A stretch of 64,000 bases of DNA from Candidatus Hydrogenedentota bacterium (GCA_963674865.2 CAXXYE010000011.1:224001-288000), one strand, 5' to 3'; positions 34,838 through 44,818 are shown, counted from the first letter of the stretch. Made by a program: numbers and translations. Notes: generated by a model from the sequence alone, not told the origin.

Positions 34838-37330
34838 ATGAAATGGCTTGTGCAGTGTGTCTTCTTGTGTGTTGTGGCCCTTATTCACGCGGCGCCGTGC
34901 TCTTTCGCGGCGCCGCCGCTGCGTGACCTGGACGAGTCCGGCCTCGGAGAGTCTATCGTTCCGGACACTGCGCTGGGGGCTGTTATCATGGACCGCGAGA
35001 TGCGGCTCGCGGGCGAATACTCACTGCGCTTCGAGTTTGCCCAAGGAGAGCCCGTGCTCTGGCAATTGGCTGAGCCTGTCACTTGTCAGCCGGGCTCCCT
35101 GTACCTTCTCGAAGCGCGGATGCGCTGCTTTCTGCTTGGCTCCGCAGGATTCAAGCTGTTTGTCGAATGGCTCGACGCCGATGGCCGCCCAATCCACGTG
35201 AAGACCTTGTTCTGGGGACAGAAGGAGTACGAAGACACCAGCGACTGGATAGGCGCTACCGCCGGGTGGACTCCGGAGCGCCTTGTAGTTCGGGCGCCGG
35301 AGGACGCAGTGCGTGCCCGGATTGGATGCCGTCTCGAAAGCGTTCGTCCGGGACTGGAGCGCAAGAACCGGCGCTACGGGTGGGTGGACGCCTTGGCGTG
35401 GGGCGAGACCGTCGAGATGGACTTGCGCGGGGCCGCCGTTGGCAACGTCTTTCAGGACGAGGCTGTAAGCATGACTGCTACCGCCGGACATAGGCCGCCA
35501 ACAAAGGTAGCCTTCGAACTCTTTGACTTCTGGAACCAGTCCTTCGGCCGGTTTGAATGGGAGCCCGAAGGCTCCGGCGCGTCCTACCGCCTCCCACTGC
35601 CCGCGCTGGATCCCGGCTACTACGAACTGCGCTGGAGTGCCGATGCCCCGGATAATCTTCTGCCTCGCGCCGGCGTCACGAGCCTCTGCGTGCTGCGCCC
35701 CGCTGACGATGCAATACGCCCTGCCGCAGTAACTGTTGACGGCGCCCTCTCGTGGTTCTACCGCGGTGAGGACCTGGAAGAGGCCAGCGCCCTCTGCCGG
35801 AAGATAGGCATTCAGGTTATCCGCGACCGCATGAACTGGGATCAGGTGGAGAAGAAACGTGGCACATTCGATCCCGACTTCCTTGATGACAGCGCTACGA
35901 TCCAGCACGATGCGGGCCTTGACGTCTACCAAGACTTCACCAGCACGCCTCGCTGGGCCCTGAGCGACAATCCCCCCGTCAAATCCTTGCCCGACGATCC
36001 TCTCGACCTCTACCGCGTCATGGAGAACCTTACCCGTCATTTCCGCGGGCGGGTGGACTACTGGGAGCTTTGGAACGAGCCCTATCACGAGGCGAGCTTC
36101 CTGGGCCGCCCCGACGAGTACGTCACCTACCTGAAGGCAGCCTACCTCGGCTGCAAAGCGGGCAATCCCGATGCCGTCGTGCTTACGTGCTCGTTCAACA
36201 CGATTCCCACCCTCTGGTGCAAACGTGTCGTCGAAAACGGTGCGCTCGAATACGCCGACATCTACAACTTCCACAGCTACTCCCGTACCGACAACCTCAT
36301 CCGCGATATCGGCCTCCACAAGGAGGAAATGATCCGATGCGGCATCCACCTGCCGATGTGGCTCACCGAAGACGGCTGTAAGTCCCGCCGCAATGTTCAA
36401 GGCCTGCGGCTGGCCGGCGAGCAGAAGAGCGCCCGCTTTCTCGTTGAGCACGCCGCCATGTCTCTTGCCGAAGGGGTCGACCGCTACTTCTACTTCGCCC
36501 TGCCCAAGATGTGGGAGGGGGCCGAGGGACCTTGGGGGATCCTGCGCGATGACCGGACGCCTATGCCGGCCTACGTCGCCCTCGGCGTGGCCCGGGAGAT
36601 GCTCGGGCGGGGCCTGTTCCTGGACCGTGTCCATCTGAGGCCGGGCGACCTCGACGCCTACCTTTTCGATCGCGGAGATGGCACCGGCGTCCTTGTGGCT
36701 TTGCCCGACAAGCAGCGCCATGTCCGCGTGCCCGGCGCGGGCCCCGATTCCCGCGTCGTCGATATTATGGGCAACGACAAAGCCCTTCCCTTCATCATCA
36801 ACGAAAGCGGCGCTCTTGAGGTGGAAACCGGGCTCTTTCCCTTGTATGTCACTGATCTCGACACGCGTGCTTTCGATATCGATGAAGATGTAGACGCGTG
36901 GCCTCGCTTCGACCCCGCCGCTCGTCAGAATCCTGATGAGCGGAAAGTGTGGTTCCGCGTCGATGTGCGCGGGGCGGAGATGAAACCGGAAGGAGTGCCA
37001 CTCAGTGGCGAGCGTCGGGACGCCGTCTGGGCCTTGCGGGATCGGGCGCCCATCCCGTTTTCCATCATCGCCTACAACTTGTCTGACGATGCCGCGCCTT
37101 TTACCGTGGATCTGGCGCCCGAAGAGGGCCTTGGGATCGCGGGGCCTGTAAGCCTCACCATGACAATACCAGCGGGGCGAACGGCTACCTGCGCGGGTAG
37201 CGTCTTGACGGAGCACATGGCGCCCGGCGTCGAGTACCGCCTGGAATTCGCGGGAGAAGCCCCCGGTTTTCGCGTCGCCCCCGTGTACATCTATTTTAGG
37301 CTTCCCCCGGGCGACGAGCCTGCCGAATGA
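34838..37330 (+). CDS. Secreted clan GH-A glycoside hydrolase (GH39-like) with N-terminal CBM-like domain
   Basis: Signal MKWLVQCVFLCVVALIHAAPCSFA, RMNWDQVE, WELWNEP (acid/base), YNFHSY, MWLTEDG (nucleophile). Confidence 0.8.
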   Translation: MKWLVQCVFLCVVALIHAAPCSFAAPPLRDLDESGLGESIVPDTALGAVIMDREMRLAGEYSLRFEFAQGEPVLWQLAEPVTCQPGSLYLLEARMRCFLLGSAGFKLFVEWLDADGRPIHVKTLFWGQKEYEDTSDWIGATAGWTPERLVVRAPEDAVRARIGCRLESVRPGLERKNRRYGWVDALAWGETVEMDLRGAAVGNVFQDEAVSMTATAGHRPPTKVAFELFDFWNQSFGRFEWEPEGSGASYRLPLPALDPGYYELRWSADAPDNLLPRAGVTSLCVLRPADDAIRPAAVTVDGALSWFYRGEDLEEASALCRKIGIQVIRDRMNWDQVEKKRGTFDPDFLDDSATIQHDAGLDVYQDFTSTPRWALSDNPPVKSLPDDPLDLYRVMENLTRHFRGRVDYWELWNEPYHEASFLGRPDEYVTYLKAAYLGCKAGNPDAVVLTCSFNTIPTLWCKRVVENGALEYADIYNFHSYSRTDNLIRDIGLHKEEMIRCGIHLPMWLTEDGCKSRRNVQGLRLAGEQKSARFLVEHAAMSLAEGVDRYFYFALPKMWEGAEGPWGILRDDRTPMPAYVALGVAREMLGRGLFLDRVHLRPGDLDAYLFDRGDGTGVLVALPDKQRHVRVPGAGPDSRVVDIMGNDKALPFIINESGALEVETGLFPLYVTDLDTRAFDIDEDVDAWPRFDPAARQNPDERKVWFRVDVRGAEMKPEGVPLSGERRDAVWALRDRAPIPFSIIAYNLSDDAAPFTVDLAPEEGLGIAGPVSLTMTIPAGRTATCAGSVLTEHMAPGVEYRLEFAGEAPGFRVAPVYIYFRLPPGDEPAE

Positions 37331-37471
37331 AGAATCCCCAGCGCTGACAACTCCGTGTGAGCCATTCGAGAAAGCCGCGGCCGCTCAGTTATACTCTTAC
37401 CCGTACGCGCGTGAATTGCGACTGCATAAGGCTGGCACAACCAGGCTGCGAGCGACATCTGAGGCCATGAA

Positions 37472-38455
37472 TTGTTGAGATTGTGGCGATATATCCTGCC
37501 TGCGCTGCTTCTTCTGGCGCCATTCGCCGCTTCGGCCACCGAGACGGATCAGTATCTTACTTGGGGCGTCGAACTCGCCGATTCCACGGAGCCATTCAAC
37601 CGCTTCCTGAATGAGCAGGTGGAAGCGTTTCTTGTCAAAGCCAACAAGCGCGGCTGGAAGAACCGCTCCCGCGAGGAACTGACGCAAGATCTCTATCTCT
37701 ACCTGTTTCAGGGCCTTCACATGTCGCGCCTGCGCGGGTGGCTCAGGCATTCCGAAGAGGTCGACCGCTATCCCGACAAGTCCGTGTCATACCTCCGGTA
37801 CCAGCGCATGAGCATCTACCGGGCTCCTTCCTTCCCCTACATACTTCCCATGGCACGCACCGTCCGCCTTAACAATGTCTACCTAGGCATCGACAAGATA
37901 GGCCATGTGTTCGGCTTTGGGCGCCGCTACTACAAGCGTTACCTGAGGTATCGCGCCAAAGGCCTGTCCGATGAAGAGGCGACCGAACGGGTTATCCGCT
38001 GGGGCATTCACCTTGAGACGACCTTTGTGGGAACCCTTGTCGATGGTATTTTCTCCCGAGGCGACCTGGAGGCCGATTACCAGGGCTTTCTGCTGGCCAA
38101 GAATCTATGCGGCGGCGACGACCCCCACGTCGTCCAACAGGATGGCCGCTGGACGCTCGTCAGGCCCATTGACATTCGGCCCTACATTACGCCCCAGTTC
38201 GATGAATCCTATAACCGTTCTAGTTACTGGGGCTTACGCCGAAGGCACGTGCTCAGGGTGATGAAGAAGGAGTATTGGCCGAAGTTGTTTCAACCTGATG
38301 TGCAACAGCGATTTGCGGCCTACGATGAATGGGAGCCAAGCCTATCCAGCCGCATTCTTGCCGCGTACTACAGGGAGACGCCTAAACGTTTGAAATACAA
38401 GCAGTTCCTTGACGCATTGAGCGCCGCTTTAAGCTCGCGGGAGACGTCAGGCTGA
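37472..38455 (+). CDS. Hypothetical secreted protein
   Basis: Signal peptide ending ASA-TETDQY, motifs GIDKIGH and SRGDLEADYQG. TTG start with GAGG RBS. Confidence 0.75.
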   Translation: MLRLWRYILPALLLLAPFAASATETDQYLTWGVELADSTEPFNRFLNEQVEAFLVKANKRGWKNRSREELTQDLYLYLFQGLHMSRLRGWLRHSEEVDRYPDKSVSYLRYQRMSIYRAPSFPYILPMARTVRLNNVYLGIDKIGHVFGFGRRYYKRYLRYRAKGLSDEEATERVIRWGIHLETTFVGTLVDGIFSRGDLEADYQGFLLAKNLCGGDDPHVVQQDGRWTLVRPIDIRPYITPQFDESYNRSSYWGLRRRHVLRVMKKEYWPKLFQPDVQQRFAAYDEWEPSLSSRILAAYYRETPKRLKYKQFLDALSAALSSRETSG

Positions 38456-38666
38456 ATATCGTGCCACTGCACTGCCCCGGGGCATGGCCCAGAGAGTTCC
38501 TCATCTGAAACGAGACATGTCCCAAGTAAACTGGCTCCTAACATGTCTTGCTCCAAGGGATTATGACGTGCCATCGGAGGTTTTGGCCGGCGGACTTGAA
38601 TAGAACCTGACGCAAATGTGTTATATTCTGTCGTCCGAGAGTTCAGGAAAGCGCCGCGAGAGCCCT

Positions 38667-39176
38667 ATGAAGACATCGACACAGAAAAGAGGCGTTTGGC
38701 TTCTTGCATTGCTCTTGCCGACCTTGCTCGTTACGGCCGGCGGGTGTCCTTCCAACGGCCAAAGTGACTCCGGACGCCGTATCTTTGTCATAAACCTTTT
38801 GCCGGGTGATATTTCGGCGCTCTATCTGGCTGCGCAGGATGACAACATTTGGGGTGAAAATCGCCTTGAGGCTCCCGTGACGCCCCGCGGATACGTGGAC
38901 TTCGTTCTTTTTGGCGAAGGGCCTCGGAAACTCAGGATTGTGTGTGACTCTGCCGTTAGCGAGGACCTGGCCAAGAGAGTTTTCACGCTTCACAATATGC
39001 GTGTGCCCCAGGAATGTACCCGCATCGTATACGTGTGCGGGCCTGATACTGGCGGCAGGCGCCGTGCTGCCGACGAGATAGCCATCGACAGCGAGACGGC
39101 GCGAACCTGGTGGTGGTACGACGTCGCCAATGTCTCCGGCATCGTCGAGTCACAGCCCACGCTAAGCCACCCCTGA
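38667..39176 (+). CDS. Hypothetical lipoprotein
   Basis: MKTSTQKR + hydrophobic stretch + TAGGC|P lipobox-like. Confidence 0.6.
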   Translation: MKTSTQKRGVWLLALLLPTLLVTAGGCPSNGQSDSGRRIFVINLLPGDISALYLAAQDDNIWGENRLEAPVTPRGYVDFVLFGEGPRKLRIVCDSAVSEDLAKRVFTLHNMRVPQECTRIVYVCGPDTGGRRRAADEIAIDSETARTWWWYDVANVSGIVESQPTLSHP

Positions 39177-39205
39177 TCCTTCCCGCGTTAGTGCACTGAC
39201 GGGCC

Positions 39206-41953
39206 TTACATGGCGGGATTCTGGGGCGCGAAGGCGCCCTGGGACTCGTACGAAACCTGTCTAACCGCCGCGGCAGCGCCCTTGCCGACGCCCCACGAGA
39301 TATACGAGCCCCGGGCCGGCTGCTTCCAGTCGATGATGAGGTCCGTGGGCATCGTCCCCAGCAATTCTGCGTCCCGGTAGATCTGCACGGCGGTGTCGGC
39401 ACGAACGGCCATCCGGTAGGCATGCGAAACGAACCCGTTCCGAAGCCCTTCTGCCAGCGTTACAAACGCGCCGTCGTACCAGTAGCGGACGGCGTCCGGC
39501 GTCACCGTCAACAGGTAGTGATTGGACGTCAATGCCCCGCCCCTGGCGAATGCTTCGAGGATGAAACCGGTGCCGTCCGGTGCGCCGTTGTTGATATCCA
39601 CCTGTGCCTCTACGGTGAAGCCCGTCCGTGCATCCAGCGCCGGCCAGCCGGAAGTCCGCTCGTTGGACCACTGCCCCGGGAACTCCTCATCAACCAGTAT
39701 GCCGCCTCCCGCGCCCCCCATCACAGCGCGTTGCACGGCCTGCTCGTCGCCCGAAAACCACCATGGGGGAGAGGCTTCGTGCGGTAGCCTTCTCTGGGCG
39801 TCATAGCATTGCGCTAGAAGTTCCCGACTCGGCAGCGATTTCGGCTGCGGGCCTTTGGGCGGCTCCGTTGTGCCCTCTTTCAGCCAGGCCAGGTTGAAAG
39901 CGTAGTGGTTGATGCTGCTTATCAGATGGATCACCCCGTCCGCGTCCTGACACGCCGAGAGATAGCCCTGTGGCTCGGAGCTGTCCGCGCTCATACGAAT
40001 CGGCCCGTCGTCGAGGGTCTTGCCCGCGTGGTCAGGCCCGCCATCGGTGATGATGCGGCGCACGGGCCATGTCTTCCCCTCGTCGAAGGAGACGGCCCCG
40101 AAGATGCTCGATATGTGACGGGGCGGGCGCTGATCATCCGGCACCGGTTTCGGGTCGTTCAAGTTGGCCGTGAAAGACGCGAAGAAGAGCGGCCCCTCCC
40201 GCAGGCGAAGCAGCGTGGGGCGTTGCCCGCTCGTGATGGGCGGCAGAACGCTTGGGCCGGCAGTCCACGTTTTCCCCATGTCCGAGGAGACGCTGGCGGG
40301 CATCCACCCATCCACATTCTCGCCTCGGCCCAGCGCGAAGAGACGCCCGTCGCTGAGTTCGGCGATACCGGCGTGGATACCGCGAATGTGGCCCCCCGGA
40401 TCGCTCCAGGTTGCGCCGCTGTCCCGGCTCACCCACACCGTAGAGCCACTCCCCGCGTCCGCGCCGAACACGAGCGCTCCTGATGCCGTCCGGAAGACCG
40501 GTTCACTGACCATCTGCCGGTAGCCGTGTTCCGGGACGATCAGCCGCGCCTTCGACCACGTCGCCCCGCTGTCTCGTGAGGTGCGCATCACGATGGCCAA
40601 CGGTTCCCACTTGCCCGCGACGCTCAGGCCGTTGAAGTGGTAGATGGTGTCCTGGCCGTCGTACCACAAGGCCGGGCAGTGGTCGTCTCGATCCGGTACA
40701 TCCCAGAACGTTGAGGCCGGCTCCCATTCCTCCTCGCCGTACCTCAGCCGGCTGGCCGCGACCGCCAGTTCACGCCCTCGCTCCTCGACACATGTGTACC
40801 AAACGGCCAGCAGGTCGCCGTTAGGACAATTGGTAATGGCGGTGTCGTGATTGTGGTGCGCGAACAGCGGCCCGTGCGCCCCCACCTTGATCTTCACATA
40901 CTGCCGCGGCCCCTTGAAGTAAGGCTTGTCGCTGTCCAACCCGTGCGTGCGCGGCCTGGACTCCTGCACCACGTTCAACTGATTCCGCGGCTTCGGGGGC
41001 GGCGGCAGCGGCGTGGTTGAGGGCGTGTCGCCGAGGGCCACGCGAAAGCCGATGAGCCAGTGCTTGTTCTCCGGCAAGGTGGCCATTCGATTGGCCGACC
41101 TGAGGAAATACAGGTTGGTTCCGTGGCTGCCTCCGCGCGTCACCTTGAAGTCACTGGCCGCCCGCCCGATCGGATCCGTTTCAGTCCAACCTGCGTAGGG
41201 GCCGTACCAGTCCAGGCACCATTCCTCCACGTTGCCGTGCATGTCGTATAAACCCCAGGGATTCGGCGGCGTCTTTCCCACCGTCAAGGGCACTCTGTCC
41301 TCGGCCTCCTCAAACGAGGTCCGGCGCGCGTTCCTGTGAAACACCGTCGGCAGCGAATCCCCCGTCCAGAACGCCGACGTCGTGCCCGCGCGGCAGGCGT
41401 ACTCCCACTCCGCCTCCGTAGGCAGCCGGTACGTCCGCCCCTCCTTCTCCGAGAGCCACGCACAGAATGCCGCGGCGTCATTCCAGTCCACGTAGACGAC
41501 CGCTTCGTCATCCTCATTCGAGAAGCCCATCTTCCCGCGCAGTGCTCGATGCGATGGAGCGAAACGCTCGAACTCGGCATTCGTGACCTCGTGGGCGCCC
41601 ATGAAGAACGACTTCGAGATCACCACCTCGTGAACCGGCCGCTCATCGAAATCGCCGTTGCGCACGTGGTCCAAGGTGAGTACGAACTGATCCGGATCCC
41701 CGCCGGGGAACTGCTCCACCATGGTTTCTCTGGTGGGATGACTCAACATGTCCGTTAGCGCGTGGGGGAGAGGTACGCTCTGTTCTCCCATGGTGAAGCG
41801 CCCCGCCTCGATGCGGACGAACTCCATCCCGAGGCTGTTGGTAAACTCCTCACCCGTCGGCAACTCTGCCGCGCACGCCCCAAACGCCCAGAGGCCCAAG
41901 GCGGCGGATGCAAGGACAATGTTTGACTTCGCTGCTTCTCCAAAGCGCATCAT
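39206..41953 (-). CDS. Secreted FGE-sulfatase (SUMF1) domain / BNR-repeat sialidase-like fusion protein
   Basis: FTNSLGMEFVRI, HEVTNAEF, RLPTEAEWEYACRAG, GLYDMHGNVEEWC, RGGS, GFRV. Then Asp-boxes SRDSGATWS (x2), SSDMGKTW, SFDEGKTWP. Confidence 0.9.
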   Translation of the reverse strand: MMRFGEAAKSNIVLASAALGLWAFGACAAELPTGEEFTNSLGMEFVRIEAGRFTMGEQSVPLPHALTDMLSHPTRETMVEQFPGGDPDQFVLTLDHVRNGDFDERPVHEVVISKSFFMGAHEVTNAEFERFAPSHRALRGKMGFSNEDDEAVVYVDWNDAAAFCAWLSEKEGRTYRLPTEAEWEYACRAGTTSAFWTGDSLPTVFHRNARRTSFEEAEDRVPLTVGKTPPNPWGLYDMHGNVEEWCLDWYGPYAGWTETDPIGRAASDFKVTRGGSHGTNLYFLRSANRMATLPENKHWLIGFRVALGDTPSTTPLPPPPKPRNQLNVVQESRPRTHGLDSDKPYFKGPRQYVKIKVGAHGPLFAHHNHDTAITNCPNGDLLAVWYTCVEERGRELAVAASRLRYGEEEWEPASTFWDVPDRDDHCPALWYDGQDTIYHFNGLSVAGKWEPLAIVMRTSRDSGATWSKARLIVPEHGYRQMVSEPVFRTASGALVFGADAGSGSTVWVSRDSGATWSDPGGHIRGIHAGIAELSDGRLFALGRGENVDGWMPASVSSDMGKTWTAGPSVLPPITSGQRPTLLRLREGPLFFASFTANLNDPKPVPDDQRPPRHISSIFGAVSFDEGKTWPVRRIITDGGPDHAGKTLDDGPIRMSADSSEPQGYLSACQDADGVIHLISSINHYAFNLAWLKEGTTEPPKGPQPKSLPSRELLAQCYDAQRRLPHEASPPWWFSGDEQAVQRAVMGGAGGGILVDEEFPGQWSNERTSGWPALDARTGFTVEAQVDINNGAPDGTGFILEAFARGGALTSNHYLLTVTPDAVRYWYDGAFVTLAEGLRNGFVSHAYRMAVRADTAVQIYRDAELLGTMPTDLIIDWKQPARGSYISWGVGKGAAAAVRQVSYESQGAFAPQNPAM

Positions 41954-42321
41954 TCTCTCCTGTTCTCAACTGCAAGCATCCGGTGCAAGGCTTGCGCTGC
42001 GATGGGCGCATCCGTAAGCAATGCATAAACGATCAGCACGAAATGTGGAATGGTTACCAGCAGCTCCAGAAAGAAGAAGGCCATGCCTGTCTGTGCAAAC
42101 GGCAGCAGCGCTACAAAGGGCAACGTCATCGCCAAGACGGCATACGCAATTCGGTGCTGCCGCCTGCCCATGCTCGCGCGGCATAGATTGCCCAGGCGCA
42201 GAAGATACCAGACAATCACCAAGTCCGCCAGCGTCCACGCCAGGCCTTCGACCCGCGTCCAAAGGAGGTACTGCTCAGGCGTGAACCAGCCGCCCGCCTT
42301 GGCAAGCCATTCCGTGAGCAT
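41950..42321 (-). CDS. Small integral membrane protein (3 TM), unknown function
   Basis: MLTEWLAK... Three hydrophobic segments. ATGA overlap downstream and TGATG overlap upstream. Confidence 0.75.
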   Translation of the reverse strand: MLTEWLAKAGGWFTPEQYLLWTRVEGLAWTLADLVIVWYLLRLGNLCRASMGRRQHRIAYAVLAMTLPFVALLPFAQTGMAFFFLELLVTIPHFVLIVYALLTDAPIAAQALHRMLAVENRRE

Positions 42322-42614
42322 CAGTGTATCCCCCGCGAAGCGGCGTGGCGGCGGAGAAGGCGGTAGCAGCGCCACAGCATGATCGCCGCGAACCATTCCA
42401 CGCCCACCCAGACTATCCCCGCGATGCGCAGGTAGAGTCCAAGGGCATTGCGCAGCGGCGCGTCGGCCCGAACTGCGGCGTCCAGAGCATCGGCCAACGC
42501 GTCCGCCTCCGCTCCCACCGCACGGAGCATCAGCAGGCAGGCCAACACGACGGCCAGTGCGGGAATGCCCTTGGAGCCGGGCGGCCTACCGAGATTCGGC
42601 AGCGCAGTTCTCAT
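42321..42614 (-). CDS. Small integral membrane protein (2 TM), unknown function
   Basis: GGAG RBS before ATG 42614, two hydrophobic segments, TGATG coupling to next gene. Confidence 0.65.
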   Translation of the reverse strand: MRTALPNLGRPPGSKGIPALAVVLACLLMLRAVGAEADALADALDAAVRADAPLRNALGLYLRIAGIVWVGVEWFAAIMLWRCYRLLRRHAASRGIH

Positions 42615-43224
42615 CTTCCACTCCATGTGTGAGGACGTGCCTGAGTCGCCTATATGCGCGCCAGCCATGGAATACAATCAGGATTTCCAGTAGCACCCAT
42701 CCCGTGACGAAAACCGCCCAGACACCCATATGGACGTGCGCCCGAAATGTGTATAGAGCCGCCACGCGCGCGCCAAGGTCGGCCGTCTGCGCTACGTCCA
42801 AGCGCGCCAAGACCGCATCCAGCCGAGGAATGAACCAATGCCGGCCGAAGGTCAAGGCCGTGAGCAGAGCGAGGCCAAAGGCCCACACCCATGCCCGGCG
42901 GCGTTCCCGGCGTGTGAATCGAAAGCCTTCGGTGAGCGGCGATGTCTCGACAAAACGGCGCGCCGCCAGCACAAGATGAAGGATGCCGACTTCCGCGGCG
43001 ATCCAGAAGATGCCCGCTCCCTCGACGAGTTGTTGCCATCGATGGTAGGCCTGGGCTCGCGTGACCGCGTCGATCCCGGGCGAGGCCGCGTGTGCGTCCA
43101 ACGCCCACACGGCGGCCAGACAGCATGCAATCCAGCAGGCATGATGTAGATAGGCTAAACGTGCCCCGCGGGAACGGGCAGGATGCCCAAGATCAGTCCT
43201 GTCAATCTTGTCAATCCTGTCCAA
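42586..43224 (-). CDS. Integral membrane protein (~4 TM), unknown function
   Basis: Hydrophobic segments with GIFWIAAE and GWVLLE. Start uncertain (TTG lies within a 9-bp repeat). Confidence 0.7.
   Translation of the reverse strand: MDRIDKIDRTDLGHPARSRGARLAYLHHACWIACCLAAVWALDAHAASPGIDAVTRAQAYHRWQQLVEGAGIFWIAAEVGILHLVLAARRFVETSPLTEGFRFTRRERRRAWVWAFGLALLTALTFGRHWFIPRLDAVLARLDVAQTADLGARVAALYTFRAHVHMGVWAVFVTGWVLLEILIVFHGWRAYRRLRHVLTHGVEDENCAAESR
43197..43223. repeat. Three 9-bp tandem units (tcctgtcaa-like)
   Basis: tcctgtcaa tcttgtcaa tcctgtcca. Confidence 0.7.
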
Positions 43225-43411
43225 GAACGGCTCTTCCTACTTTTTGAGGAACGCTCTCAAGCCAACGGTAATACGTGCTCACTGACGATGCGTCGCCATT
43301 GTAGTCCATTCCCCAAAGATTACAAGCCTCGATTCGAGCAACGGCGAGTTGTGCGATGTTGTGTGTCAATGTAACATGCCTTACAATACTGATGTCAGTA
43401 GGGAGGCAACC

Positions 43412-44725
43412 ATGGCCTTGAGTGAATCATTTGTAGCTTCCGTGCGCTGTCTGGAAAGGAAGTATCGAGAACGGATTATCCAAGAGCAATCGGCCTTTTC
43501 ATCGAATATGTCTGCGATCAATGCAGTGATGAATGCTCAATTCCCTCAAGGAATGGCAGATATAGCCAGGAGGGCGGCTCTCGGCTTTGTTCGCGATGCG
43601 GCCGCCGAGTGTGAGGCATTACAGGATCTGGCTCAGGCCGAGGATTTTGACGCAGCACTCAAGACTATCCTTGACGCCGCTGTGGGATTGCTCGCCAGCG
43701 GCTCTCAGAACATGCTGGGGCCGCAGGTGAATCGGCCAGCGGATGTAGCGCGTGGATTTGCAGCCAGCGAGTTGACGGGCGAAGTGCGAGACCGCTTGTT
43801 GGTTGCTCAAGACAAGAGAAGGGCAAGAAGAAAGGACTCCATGCTTAGTTGGAAACTCTTGTTCCTGCAATCGAATCCACGAGATGCAGACTCTATCGAC
43901 ACGAATCGAGAGCATCGCGAAGTCCGCCAAGCGCTGAGGGAAGCCGACTACAGAGATCAAGTGGATCTGGTGCCGGAACCGGCTGCAAGGATTCGCGATG
44001 TTTTCCGGGCCATCAACGAGCATCGGCCGCGCGTAATTCATTTCTCTGGCCATGGACACGACTCTCGTCTTGCGCTACTTGACGACCGCGACGAGGCGAG
44101 ACCTTTTGATGGCCAGGACTTGGCCGACTTCATAGCCGCTAATGACGATCAAGTGCAGTTGGTTGTCCTCAACTCGTGTGGTTCCCTTCCACAAGCGCTC
44201 AAGGTTCTGCAAGCTGTCCCGCACGTCATAGGTACGAGCGACTCCCTCGGTGACGAAGCCGCGGTAGTCTTCTCACGAGCTTTCTACAGCGCCGTAGCGC
44301 ATGGTCGAGCAATTTCGTCAGCGTTCAGGCAGGCGACGGTTGCCGTACGGGCTGAGATCAGCCCTGCGGCGGCGTCCGTCTATGAATTGAAGTCCCGCTC
44401 CGACAGTGATGCCAGCGTAGCGTCACTGGTCGTGCCAACCCTTGCGGAGCAGAAGAGTGGGCAGGAGCCCCTATCCCAAGAGGAGCAGGATTTGCTCAAG
44501 GCTGTTCCTAGGACAGGCGATGTTCATGTCTTGAAGACCGACCAGAAGGGAAAGTGGGTGAGAGCAGGAGCGGCCGAGTTCTTCAATCACGATGACCCGA
44601 GTGAATCGGCGAGATACATAGAGGCGCTTGATTCACTTGTCAGTAGGCAGCTCGTACGGCACGAGGGCGGAGCACACTTCGCGCTTACCGGAACAGGTTG
44701 GGAGCTTAAGAGGGCATTGGAATAG
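43412..44725 (+). CDS. CHAT-domain (caspase-like cysteine peptidase fold) protein with C-terminal winged-helix-like domain
   Basis: LLFLQSNP, REHREV, PRVIHFSGHG (His), LVVLNSC (Cys), DEAAVVFSRAFYSAVAHGRAISSAF. GGGAGG RBS before ATG 43412. Confidence 0.88.
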   Translation: MALSESFVASVRCLERKYRERIIQEQSAFSSNMSAINAVMNAQFPQGMADIARRAALGFVRDAAAECEALQDLAQAEDFDAALKTILDAAVGLLASGSQNMLGPQVNRPADVARGFAASELTGEVRDRLLVAQDKRRARRKDSMLSWKLLFLQSNPRDADSIDTNREHREVRQALREADYRDQVDLVPEPAARIRDVFRAINEHRPRVIHFSGHGHDSRLALLDDRDEARPFDGQDLADFIAANDDQVQLVVLNSCGSLPQALKVLQAVPHVIGTSDSLGDEAAVVFSRAFYSAVAHGRAISSAFRQATVAVRAEISPAAASVYELKSRSDSDASVASLVVPTLAEQKSGQEPLSQEEQDLLKAVPRTGDVHVLKTDQKGKWVRAGAAEFFNHDDPSESARYIEALDSLVSRQLVRHEGGAHFALTGTGWELKRALE

Positions 44726-44818
44726 CGAGGCAAGATTGTAGCACTCTCTCCAGTGCCACGCCGTCATATACGATCACGCGAGTGAGCTACGCGAGGCTGT
44801 GCTGCACAGTCTACGGCG

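Noticed and set aside
35021..37216. 731-aa minus-strand ORF
   Set aside because: Antisense shadow of the GH gene, with no recognisable motifs. Typical of high-GC codon bias.
41030..41260. FGE/C-type-lectin domain as a diversity-generating retroelement target
   Set aside because: No template repeat or reverse transcriptase seen in the window, and the domain is N-terminal.
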